Of a DNA stretch of 60,360 nt, positions 1 through 9,322 are shown piece after piece. Position numbers and translations under genes: made by a program. Every line of letters begins with the position of its first letter. The stretch's first letter is position 1. Under the pieces are notes generated by a model. That model was not told the DNA's origin. It saw nothing but the letters and a program-made list of their open reading frames with translations, and ran no database searches. The DNA is from Clostridia bacterium (GTDB lineage Bacteria > Bacillota > Clostridia > UMGS1810), in NCBI GenBank assembly GCA_045576175.1, contig JAZNFW010000116.1:1-60360 (forward strand), given 5' to 3'.

Positions 1-2
1 AA

Positions 3-1280
3 AACAACATTTTTGCAGATACCGGTGCAGGCACCAGAGCAATTATGTCAGTTGGTAGAGATAACACCGCAAGAAACAATGTGGTATATGGTATGGAGTC
101 GGGCGCAAAGTTCAGTGAAAGAAGCGGTGCTGTAACTGCTTTCCCCGGTACCAACGCTAACTATAGTGCTGCATACCAGAGTCTTACAGGCTATGTGACA
201 GATGTTATGCGAGCAAAATACTCCGTATTCAGTAAATGGTACGATGAATTATACTTCGACCCTGCTGAAACTGCAACTGGAACATTTGAAGCTAAAGACA
301 ATGTAGCTGAAGGCAATATACATGTCGATGTAACTTCAAAGGGATCCGTTTCCGGTGTTGAATTCACAACTTTGGATAAGAACAGTTTTATCGTCCCGGA
401 GAGTGCTTCAAATGAAGTAAGCATACAGAATAGTGACAACTCGTCTAAGTATACACTCGTTAACACAACACTTGGTCTTGATCAGATATTCACCGATATG
501 GCAAACCACGACTATACAATAAGTAGCGAATTCATAAATACAGGCGATTTTGCTACTAGCTTGTTTACAGAAGACTTTGAACTCATAGAGGGCTTTGATA
601 TGGACCGCATTGGTCTTGTGGGCAGCTTCTGGGAAGGTGTAAGCGAAGATAATTCATTTGTGCTTACATATCCTGTAAACCGCCAGATTGCATCAGACGG
701 TTCAGTTACACTCTCGTGGACAAAGGCACTTTATGCAGACAGATATCAGTATGCTGTGTACAATAGTAGTGATAATTCTCTTGTTGCAAGCGGTGAGGTT
801 GATGGATACCACTCAATGGCAATAATTGATGGCGGTCTTGAAGACGGTTCGTATTACTGGCAGGTTACTGCCATAAACGACTCCAAAGAAATGGGCGGTC
901 AGTGGTTATCCAACATGGCTAGCTTCGAAGTTGGAGTGCCTGACTACAGTTTGGCATTTGTCACCTTATATGATTCCAACGGACAGGAAATCTCGGATTT
1001 CTCTTCCCTTGCAAATGTTGCGTCTATGACATATGATATAGAAAACAACACAGAGTCCCCTACTTCATACGACATCATAGTTGCAGCATATGGCGGACAA
1101 TCAGCCCATACGGAAGGTGTCTTTGTTTATGACAGAGGACACGAGGCTCAGGTTGGAGTTACCACCGATACGGTTAGGCTGGAAACACAGACTTGCGAAT
1201 GTTGTGACCAAATGTGTATATTAATTTGCAAATCCGGCGACTTAGCTAATCCAATTGCTCAGATGTTAATCGCAAAGTAA
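3..1280 (+). CDS. C-terminal part (5'-truncated by window edge) of a secreted beta-helix/FN3-like multidomain protein, paralogue of 1540..5082
   Basis: The frame is open from nt 3 (NNIFADTGAGTRAIMSVGRDNTARNNVVYGMESG). It aligns with NNNIFVDTGANTRALMTFGRDVVARNNVVYGMESG of the next gene. Shared downstream blocks: QIFTDMANH.YTIS, LTYPVNRQI, LSWTKALYADRYQYAVY, YYWQVTAINDSKEMGG. Confidence 0.85.
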   Translation, partial: NNIFADTGAGTRAIMSVGRDNTARNNVVYGMESGAKFSERSGAVTAFPGTNANYSAAYQSLTGYVTDVMRAKYSVFSKWYDELYFDPAETATGTFEAKDNVAEGNIHVDVTSKGSVSGVEFTTLDKNSFIVPESASNEVSIQNSDNSSKYTLVNTTLGLDQIFTDMANHDYTISSEFINTGDFATSLFTEDFELIEGFDMDRIGLVGSFWEGVSEDNSFVLTYPVNRQIASDGSVTLSWTKALYADRYQYAVYNSSDNSLVASGEVDGYHSMAIIDGGLEDGSYYWQVTAINDSKEMGGQWLSNMASFEVGVPDYSLAFVTLYDSNGQEISDFSSLANVASMTYDIENNTESPTSYDIIVAAYGGQSAHTEGVFVYDRGHEAQVGVTTDTVRLETQTCECCDQMCILICKSGDLANPIAQMLIAK

Positions 1281-1539
1281 AGAACTTTGCAAATTAAAAT
1301 GCTACGGTATTTTATTTTGGTTCCGGTACACTGCAGCTGGAACTGACGGATTATGTTACTCTGTTGAGTAAGGAGTATGTAGTAGAATACATATGTAACA
1401 TAACTCAAACAGGTGTATAAAAAATAAATGCTTTCTGCGGGATGGCTTCAATATTATAAATACTTCTTTAGGGGTCATCCCCGGATAAGCATATGAAATA
1501 TATAAATATTACAAGTTTTAAATTGTTAGGAGTAATTTC

Positions 1540-4500
1540 ATGGAAAAAATTATCAAGAGACTACTTTCCATTATACTCACCATAAGTATTTTGGTTGTTT
1601 TTCTATGTCCTCAGTTTGCATTTGCCGATGCTTCGGACGCAACCGTTGTTATTGACGAATTCGAAGGCACAGTGCAAATAGCAGGAATTGTAGAAGACTA
1701 TACAAGTAGTCAAAAGGAAGCATATATAGTTGTACCTGCAAAAAACAAATCTTATGATGATTTTGCAAAGGCAACTACATATGAAGAGATAAATGAGGCT
1801 GTGGCATACATTGGCTATGTTACATTGGCAACTGGCGGAGCCTATAGCAAGACTTTTTCGGCTCCCGGAATACCTGCCAACCATCCCGTATATCTCTCTT
1901 ACAACGGTGTTGTAACAAACATCAACACAAACAATACAGGTTCATCCACTACTATACCTAAAAAACTTAATATAAATGGCAGTGTGGACTATGTAAAAGG
2001 CGTAGACACTGTAGAAATAGCCATTCTTAAAGCAGGATGCACTTATGATGACTATGTTAGTGAGGGAGATGCAGCCGAAGCAGTTCCCACAACGGAAGTG
2101 CCGGTAGATAGTGAGGGGAAATATGAATTTTCCGCATCGAATGTAACTGATATTGCTAGTACATCGAAAGTAGTTATTATATATAATGGCATCACCACAG
2201 TAAGAACGCTGCAGATGCATGAGTTTGTTGCTCAGTTCTATGTAGATAGCGAAAGCGGCAGCGACTCCAACGATGGTTCTGATGTGTCAAAAGCATTCAA
2301 GACTATTGACAAAGCAGAGAGTGAATATTCTGCACTTAAGTCAAAGGGCTTTAGCGGTGAGATCGTACTTTGCCCGGGCACATACTCGAGCATACCCGCA
2401 AAAGTAAGTCCTATAGGTGACGCTCGTCTTACCTATGTTGGTCTTGGCAATGTAGAAGATGTAGTTGTAAAGAACACCACAGATATTCCCCTTTCGGATT
2501 TTGAAGTGGTAACCGACAAAGCTATATTAAATAGACTCGACAGAAATGCAAGAGGCTATGTATATCAGGTAGACCTTGGCAAGCGCGGCCTCACAAGGGC
2601 AGACATCTTGGGTTCCGCGGCAGATGGATGGAGATACTCCTTTGAGATTTATATGGCACAGGCGTATCTTGACGGTGTGCCTCAGACAATAGCAAGATGG
2701 CCAAACGATGGATATCTGCAGACCAACTTTGCACAGACCAGTGGAACCACTACAGTAGCCGGCAATGAACTTAACCACTACACCGTTACAAACAGTGAAA
2801 TTGCAAACTGGACATTTGATGCCAATACCGATATGTATATGGAAGGTTTCTTCAACACATCTAAGGACTGGGTACGAGACCAAGCTATAGTAAAAGGTAT
2901 AGGCTCACAGGTTCTTACCTTTACCCAACCATATTATATGGGTGTTGGAAGCCAAGAGCTCGGAGCAAGCGGTTCATACGGTCGAGTAGCTTTCCACAAT
3001 TTCCTGGAAGGTATAGATATGCCGGGCGAATGGTATGTAGATACAAACACTATGATAATGTACTACTATATGCCCGATAATACAGATGCCGATGTGCTTG
3101 AACTCAACACATCCAGAACATCTGTTGTAAATGTTACATCTTCGCTTTCAAATGTAACCTTTAAGAACCTTACATTCAGAGGTGCCGGAAGCTATTCTGC
3201 AAGCGCATTCAACAATGTTAAAGGTGCTCTGTACTTCAAAAAAGCAGACAATGTCCATATAGAAGAGTGTGTTATTGAAGCATCGCGCTTTGGTGTAATA
3301 ATAGATGACGGAAGACACAATGTTATAGAAAACAACTCAATGCGTTATGTATTAGGAAACGCTGTATGGATTAAGGACGGTGGCGACCCCGCAACACTTG
3401 CCGAGAGTGCAAATGTTATTGCAAACAACCACTTCTACCACTGTGCTACAGCCGGCACACATGGTTTAACCGGCTACGAAACAGTTATCAGAGTCACAGG
3501 ACACATTGGTAATCTTATTCCAAACAGAATAGGTGAAATTATAGAAAACAATGTTGTTCACGCATCACCTTTTGCCGAAGCTGTTATGTACAACGGTCTT
3601 GAAGTACAGATAAGATACAACGAATTCTATAACCTCATAAGATACATGGGTGATGCAGGTGTTATATACTCCGGTGCAAGACTCAATACAGCAGGAAACA
3701 AGATAGAGTACAACTATTTCCATGACATCAGCAACACATTAAAGTCCGAAGGTGCATCTACAAATGCAGCTATATATTTCGATGACCTCCAGTCCGGTCA
3801 GACAGTAAACAACAACATCTTTGTTGACACCGGTGCAAACACCAGAGCTCTTATGACCTTTGGTAGAGATGTCGTTGCAAGAAATAATGTGGTATATGGT
3901 ATGGAAAGCGGTATAGTATTTAGTGACAGAGGCGTTTCCAATTTATCAACTGCAACGGGCAACTATAAGAGTGCACATAATTCTCTTAGCACCACCAATC
4001 TTACCGATGCCATGAAGGCAAAGTATCCGACTTTGGCAGCTTCATATACCGAGCTCTACAACACAGGGGCAGCCTTTGTACCTAAGAACCTTGAATCCGA
4101 GGGTAATATGCAGGTAAGTGTATCAAATACTGATTCAGCATCAGGAACTTCATTTACCAAATTAGCTAATAACCTTAAAATTTATCCTTCGAGAACTTCC
4201 GACAGAGTATATTCGTCTGGTTCCGGATCCGGCAAGTATTGGACTACCTCTACCAAACTTGGTGTAAACCAGATATTTACCGATATGGCAAACCACAACT
4301 ACACAATAAGCAACACATTCAAAAACAATAGTGCTTTCTCAAGCTACTTCCCCGCAGACTTTGAGTTGACACAGAGTTTTGCCATAGACAGCATAGGTCT
4401 TGTAGGAAACTTCTGGGATAATAGTGCAGAAGATAAGAACTTTAGTCTTACATATCCTGTAAACCGTCAGATAGAAGCAGCAGATGGCACAGCAACACTT

Positions 4501-5082
4501 TCTTGGACCAAGGCTCTCTATGCAGACAGATATCAATACGCTGTATATAGTAATTCCAACTTGAGCGCAAGTTCTCTGGTTGATTCCGGCGAGGTTAATG
4601 CGTATCACAATGCAGCAACAATTTCCGGCCTCCAGAACGGTCAGAAATACTATTGGGTAGTTACAGCCATCAACGATTCCAAGGAAATGGGCGGTGAGTG
4701 GTCCAGCATAAACACCGGTTACTTTACCGTAGGAACTCCCGACTACGCATTGGAAAATGTTTCCTTACTCGATGCTGACAATCAGGAAATTACAGATATG
4801 GCAAACATTGCAAATGCCAAGTATATAACATTTGACATTATAAACAACACAAGCGCATCTGCTACCTACGACCTTATCGTTGCACTTTATGATGCACAGG
4901 GCGAGCAGATGAAACAGGTATTATTACATGCAGAGGCTCTTACAGCTGCAAAAGGTACAACAAGTGCCAAGGTTGAAATTGCCTCAATTCAGAACTATAC
5001 AGCAGGCGACCAGATATATGTATTTACATGGAAGCCAAATGGTTCTATAGAACCGCTAGCAAAGAAGGTTATCATAAAGTAA
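1540..5082 (+). CDS. Secreted multidomain right-handed parallel beta-helix protein (putative glycan-degrading enzyme, family unassigned) with FN3-like and C-terminal beta-sandwich modules
   Basis: Signal peptide (LLSIILTISILVVFLCPQFAFA) and two Ig-like N-terminal modules. Beta-helix entry motif FYVDSESGSDSNDGSDVSKAFKTIDKA, plus ARWPNDGY and PGEWYVD..MYYY. Asn-rich coil repeats (NVIENNSM, NVIANNHFYH, IIENNVVH, KIEYNYFHD, VNNNIFVD). FN3-like LSWTKALYADRYQYAVY...YYWVVTAINDSKEMGG. Confidence 0.8.
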   Translation: MEKIIKRLLSIILTISILVVFLCPQFAFADASDATVVIDEFEGTVQIAGIVEDYTSSQKEAYIVVPAKNKSYDDFAKATTYEEINEAVAYIGYVTLATGGAYSKTFSAPGIPANHPVYLSYNGVVTNINTNNTGSSTTIPKKLNINGSVDYVKGVDTVEIAILKAGCTYDDYVSEGDAAEAVPTTEVPVDSEGKYEFSASNVTDIASTSKVVIIYNGITTVRTLQMHEFVAQFYVDSESGSDSNDGSDVSKAFKTIDKAESEYSALKSKGFSGEIVLCPGTYSSIPAKVSPIGDARLTYVGLGNVEDVVVKNTTDIPLSDFEVVTDKAILNRLDRNARGYVYQVDLGKRGLTRADILGSAADGWRYSFEIYMAQAYLDGVPQTIARWPNDGYLQTNFAQTSGTTTVAGNELNHYTVTNSEIANWTFDANTDMYMEGFFNTSKDWVRDQAIVKGIGSQVLTFTQPYYMGVGSQELGASGSYGRVAFHNFLEGIDMPGEWYVDTNTMIMYYYMPDNTDADVLELNTSRTSVVNVTSSLSNVTFKNLTFRGAGSYSASAFNNVKGALYFKKADNVHIEECVIEASRFGVIIDDGRHNVIENNSMRYVLGNAVWIKDGGDPATLAESANVIANNHFYHCATAGTHGLTGYETVIRVTGHIGNLIPNRIGEIIENNVVHASPFAEAVMYNGLEVQIRYNEFYNLIRYMGDAGVIYSGARLNTAGNKIEYNYFHDISNTLKSEGASTNAAIYFDDLQSGQTVNNNIFVDTGANTRALMTFGRDVVARNNVVYGMESGIVFSDRGVSNLSTATGNYKSAHNSLSTTNLTDAMKAKYPTLAASYTELYNTGAAFVPKNLESEGNMQVSVSNTDSASGTSFTKLANNLKIYPSRTSDRVYSSGSGSGKYWTTSTKLGVNQIFTDMANHNYTISNTFKNNSAFSSYFPADFELTQSFAIDSIGLVGNFWDNSAEDKNFSLTYPVNRQIEAADGTATLSWTKALYADRYQYAVYSNSNLSASSLVDSGEVNAYHNAATISGLQNGQKYYWVVTAINDSKEMGGEWSSINTGYFTVGTPDYALENVSLLDADNQEITDMANIANAKYITFDIINNTSASATYDLIVALYDAQGEQMKQVLLHAEALTAAKGTTSAKVEIASIQNYTAGDQIYVFTWKPNGSIEPLAKKVIIK

Positions 5083-5095
5083 AGGAGAGTGCAAA

Positions 5096-8000
5096 ATGTA
5101 TAAAAAACATATAAAAAGCATTTTAGCTCTTGTACTCTGCCTGATACTTGTATCTGCTACATATATGTCGGTGGTTGCTGCGGCAACCCCGACAGAGATT
5201 GTGTTTCATGTAAGCACAACAGGTAGCGACAACAATTCAGGTACGGCTTCCGCACCGTTTGCTACTTTAGAGCAGGCGATGAAGGTTGTAAGCAAAACGG
5301 AACACTACGGTATTCCCGTTACGGTTTATGTTCACGGCGGCAAGTACAGACTAAACGGTAAATCACAGCTCTTCGGCGGCGCTGCAAGCGGCACCGAGGA
5401 TGCCAAGGTAACATTCAAGGCAGCAGGAGACGGCGAAGTTTTGTTCAGCGGTTTCAGGGATATCGATGTAACAAAATTCGAACCCATATCCGACCCTGCC
5501 ATGAGAGTAAGATTTAAGGAAGATGTTATTCCCTACATTGGCGCTCTCGACCTTGCAGCTCAGGGCTTTGACAGAGAAAGCCTTGATATGCTCCTCGGTA
5601 AGAGTAAAGAAAACTCTACACCCGACACCCTGGAGTATCAGGTAATGAGATTAAACGGCAAGGAACAGTACATTGCTCAGTGGCCAAACTACGGTGAGTT
5701 TGCTACAGTGGGCAAGGTGTTAAATGCCGGTGCTACATCCAGAACCTCCAAGGATCCCAGAGCAATATTCAAGTATACAGACAGTAATGTTAGCAGATGG
5801 GCAGACCCGTCCACCGCTATCATAAGAGGTTACTTAAGTAATGTTTACTTAGAGCAGTGGAATGCTATCTCAAATATAGATCCTGTAAACCAGACAATAC
5901 AGATGAAGTACTACAATGCTTCCCCCGGTCTTAAAGAGGGAAGAACCTGGAGAGTATTAAATATTCCCGAAGAGCTCGATGTTCCCGGTGAGTATTTTGT
6001 AGATGTAAATACAATGACTCTCTACTACTATCCTCCCTACAAGATTGCAGACACCGATAAGTTGGAGATGGCTGTAACCAAGGAAGCATGCATCAAGATA
6101 ACAGAAGCACAGCACATTGTATTCGATGGATTCACATTCGAGGGCTTCAGACTTTCCGGCGATGAAGATGGTCTTTTCGACCTCAATATGAGCCACAACA
6201 TCGAAATCAGAAATTGCCGCTTCGGTTACAACGGTGGTGGTAGTGCCATCATTATTAAAAAGGGTACAAATAACCTCGTAGAAGCATGTCAGTTCTACAA
6301 CACAGGTGCTCTTGGTGTAACTTTCTACAACAACGGCTACGAGACCGACTATAGCGATTATCCCACACTTGAGCCTGATAACAATATTGTAAGAAATAAC
6401 CATTTCTATAACACAGGTTCCGAGAACCTTCAGTCTGCAGGCTTTGCCGTAGGACACTCCATCACTTCCAACTACGCATCCGATGCCAATGTTGGTAATG
6501 TTATAAGAAATAACCTTATGCACCATATGTATGGTGGTATGATAATAACTTCCATGATGGAGTACGACATCAGCTACAATGAAATTGCAAACGGACTTCG
6601 TATCCTCGCAGACTATGGTCTTATCTATATAGGTGCATACAAGCACGCCTATGGTAATAGAATGACCTACAACTACCTGCACGACTTCTCTTCTGCAATT
6701 GACCCGTCCTATGCGGTTAACGGTATTTACTTAGATGACTGGAACAGCGCTAACATTACAGAAAACAACTTTATTGTGCCAAACTCCAAGGGTTCCATCA
6801 ATGCTATATTCAATGTTGGTGCATACCAGACAATAAGAAACAACATTTCTGTAAACACCAGAACCGGCGTTCTTCTTTCAAACAGAGAAACCCTCTATGG
6901 TGGTTCGCAGACAGTAATTAACGGTCAGGTAAACAGATTTGCTGCTCTTCCTGCAAATATGGTAGAAAAGTACGGTTTCCTTTTAAACATTAAACCCAAG
7001 ACACTTGAACTTGGCGGTCTCTTTGCTACAATGGGCAATGTTATGACCGGTAACGTTACAGTAAACGGTAAAAATAGTGTAAAAGAACTCCCGCTTAGCC
7101 TTGCTGAAAAGGTAGAAAACAACTATGTAAATGAGGCCGAAGATTACAGCATGTTCGTGGATCCCGAAAATCACGACTGGCGTATCAAGTCCGAATTTGC
7201 AGAGGCAAATGGATTTGACAAGGATATCATGACAGACAAGAACTTCTCTATGGACCAGATTGGTATCCAGAAGGATGTATGGGATATCAAAAATCCGTTG
7301 GATCCCTTCCGTCAGATTTACCCCAAGAATGGTGAGGAGGGCGTTTCCTCAAAGGATGTCGTATTAAACTGGGAGCCTGCACTCTTTGCCGATGAGTACG
7401 ATTGGGTACTTGCAAGAGACCCCGAGCTTACCGATGTAGTTGCAAAGGGCACATCCGTGTTCGAATACGCAAATGTAGGTGACCTCTCTCTTGGTCAGAG
7501 CTACTACTGGAAGGTTACAGCAAGAAATGTAACAAAGCAGATTGGTGCCGAGTGGGAAAGCTCCAGTGTACCTTTCGTATTTACTACAACCCACAGAGAA
7601 GAAGTAGACAAGAGCTTCTTGAAGACATCAATAGATATTGCCGAAAAAGCTTTTGCAGATGTTCAGGATGGAACAGGAAATATCGGCGAATTCAAGCAGG
7701 GTACAAAAGCTCTTCTTGATCAGCTTCTTTTAAATGCAAGAACAGTATACTTAAGCCACGCTTCAACTCAGAAGAGAGTGGATGCATGCGTAGCAGAACT
7801 CGACCGTGCAGTAAACGGTATAAGTGCATACAAGCACATGGGCTACATAACATTGGACACAACAAACTCTGAACTGTGGAAACCTGCAAAACCAAACACT
7901 ACAGTAACTGTTGCAGATGGTGTTGTAACTGCTATCGGTGGCGACACAGTTGCATATATGGGTAAGGTAGAAAACTACAATATGGTTAAGTTCAAGGTGA

Positions 8001-9322
8001 GAACAGACCTCTCAGCAGGTTGGGCAGGCTTTACCTTAAGACAGGAAAATCCCGCAGGAAATGTGTACAGTGGTCGTCAGTATCTTGTAGTTATGAAACC
8101 GGATATCTTCGAGTTCCAGAAATACAAAGTTGGTGCTCCTGCAAAGGGCGTTATCGAAACCGTACCCAACAACGGTATAGTTCCTGACAACGAGTGGGTA
8201 GAAATCGAATTCGGTGTTGCCGATGCAGACGGCGGTATTCAGATATTCTTCAAGGTAAACGGCGAAACAATATTCGATTACTACGATGTAGATGTTCCTA
8301 TTTATGAAGAAGGTTACTTCTGCTTCAAGCCTCCCGCAGGCATAATGGAGATTGCTCCTGCAGATTCCGTTCCCGAAGGCTACTATGAGCCTCCTGCAGA
8401 CATCGCATCCAGAGGAAAGTCATTCATCTACACACAGACCTCCGCTGAATTCAGCTCCAACGACAAGTGGACATCCAATAAGGATAACAACACGGGTTAC
8501 AACCAGAAGGGTGTATATATTGGTAATCACTCCAGAGCCAGCGCAACATACACATTAAAGGGTACCAGAGAAGAAAAGGCTATGTTCTACTACTGGCACG
8601 AGCCTATGGCAGATGGAGACCCAAATGCTACAGTAACCATAACCTTTAACCACGATGGTGCAGACTTTATTGACTTGGTAAAAACAATCGACTTTTCCAA
8701 GGGTTCTGCAGGTTGGAAACCGTTTGGTGCGTTTAACTTCAACGACTTTGGCGGTAATGGTGAGGTTAAATTTGTAATCCAGGGTAGTGGCGAAGGCAAG
8801 ATTCCGCTTCCTGTTATAAAGAAAACAGCAATTTCCAGTGAATTGGCTGACTTTGCTCACCTCTTCTTCTTAAAGGCAGATAATATGGTTGCACTTAAGA
8901 TTGGTGCTCCCATAGCATTTGTAAACGGTGGAGAAATGGAAATATCCGGTGCTGCTCCTCAGATTATAAACAGCAAGACATACTTGCCCTTAAGATTTTT
9001 AGCAGATGCATTTGGTTACTCTGTTGAGTGGGATTCCAATACATCAACTGCTACAGTAATGAGCAAGGATAAAACAATTACATTAAGACCCGGCGAAAAC
9101 TCTATGACAGTAAACGGTGCAAGAGTTGCACTCGAGGCTCCTTCAATAGTTCAGGAAGGAAGAACACTTCTTCCTGTAAGAAACATTACAGAAGCTCTCG
9201 GTAAGACAGTTGTATGGAACAACAGTACACAGATGGTGCTCGTCGGCGACCGTATAGATATTGCGGAAAATGATGATGCAACCTTTGCAAGTATGAACGA
9301 ACAATTCGGAGGTAACGAATAA
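5096..9322 (+). CDS. Secreted 1408-aa beta-helix protein with FN3-like, LamG/ConA-like, CBM-like and C-terminal copper-amine-oxidase-N-terminal-like (stalk) domains
   Basis: Signal peptide (ILALVLCLILVSATYMSVVAA). Entry motif FHVSTTGSDNNSGTASAPFATLEQA, plus AQWPNYGEF and PGEYFVDVNTMTLYYYPP. Coil repeats NIVRNNHFYN, NVIRNNLMHH, RMTYNYLHD. FN3-like LNWEPALFADEYDWVL...YYWKVTARN. C-terminus TYLPLRFLADAFGYSVEWDSNTSTATV...GRTLLPVRNITEALGKTVVWN. The RBS AAGGAGAG lies 8 nt upstream. Confidence 0.8.
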   Translation: MYKKHIKSILALVLCLILVSATYMSVVAAATPTEIVFHVSTTGSDNNSGTASAPFATLEQAMKVVSKTEHYGIPVTVYVHGGKYRLNGKSQLFGGAASGTEDAKVTFKAAGDGEVLFSGFRDIDVTKFEPISDPAMRVRFKEDVIPYIGALDLAAQGFDRESLDMLLGKSKENSTPDTLEYQVMRLNGKEQYIAQWPNYGEFATVGKVLNAGATSRTSKDPRAIFKYTDSNVSRWADPSTAIIRGYLSNVYLEQWNAISNIDPVNQTIQMKYYNASPGLKEGRTWRVLNIPEELDVPGEYFVDVNTMTLYYYPPYKIADTDKLEMAVTKEACIKITEAQHIVFDGFTFEGFRLSGDEDGLFDLNMSHNIEIRNCRFGYNGGGSAIIIKKGTNNLVEACQFYNTGALGVTFYNNGYETDYSDYPTLEPDNNIVRNNHFYNTGSENLQSAGFAVGHSITSNYASDANVGNVIRNNLMHHMYGGMIITSMMEYDISYNEIANGLRILADYGLIYIGAYKHAYGNRMTYNYLHDFSSAIDPSYAVNGIYLDDWNSANITENNFIVPNSKGSINAIFNVGAYQTIRNNISVNTRTGVLLSNRETLYGGSQTVINGQVNRFAALPANMVEKYGFLLNIKPKTLELGGLFATMGNVMTGNVTVNGKNSVKELPLSLAEKVENNYVNEAEDYSMFVDPENHDWRIKSEFAEANGFDKDIMTDKNFSMDQIGIQKDVWDIKNPLDPFRQIYPKNGEEGVSSKDVVLNWEPALFADEYDWVLARDPELTDVVAKGTSVFEYANVGDLSLGQSYYWKVTARNVTKQIGAEWESSSVPFVFTTTHREEVDKSFLKTSIDIAEKAFADVQDGTGNIGEFKQGTKALLDQLLLNARTVYLSHASTQKRVDACVAELDRAVNGISAYKHMGYITLDTTNSELWKPAKPNTTVTVADGVVTAIGGDTVAYMGKVENYNMVKFKVRTDLSAGWAGFTLRQENPAGNVYSGRQYLVVMKPDIFEFQKYKVGAPAKGVIETVPNNGIVPDNEWVEIEFGVADADGGIQIFFKVNGETIFDYYDVDVPIYEEGYFCFKPPAGIMEIAPADSVPEGYYEPPADIASRGKSFIYTQTSAEFSSNDKWTSNKDNNTGYNQKGVYIGNHSRASATYTLKGTREEKAMFYYWHEPMADGDPNATVTITFNHDGADFIDLVKTIDFSKGSAGWKPFGAFNFNDFGGNGEVKFVIQGSGEGKIPLPVIKKTAISSELADFAHLFFLKADNMVALKIGAPIAFVNGGEMEISGAAPQIINSKTYLPLRFLADAFGYSVEWDSNTSTATVMSKDKTITLRPGENSMTVNGARVALEAPSIVQEGRTLLPVRNITEALGKTVVWNNSTQMVLVGDRIDIAENDDATFASMNEQFGGNE

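Noticed and set aside
1345-1412. Nested inverted repeats (ATGTTAC...GTAACAT enclosing GTATGTA...TACATA) between the first two beta-helix genes as a possible riboregulator
   Set aside because: The stems are short and AT-rich with a large loop. I recognise no conserved motif, and it may be only a weak inter-cistronic structure.
5957-6682. 241-aa minus-strand ORF, together with the many 60-170-aa antisense ORFs inside the beta-helix, GH3, nfnA, fucU, murD and fucI genes
   Set aside because: All lie wholly inside long sense genes that have clear family motifs. Their translations are Cys/Val/Ile-rich nonsense typical of antisense frames.
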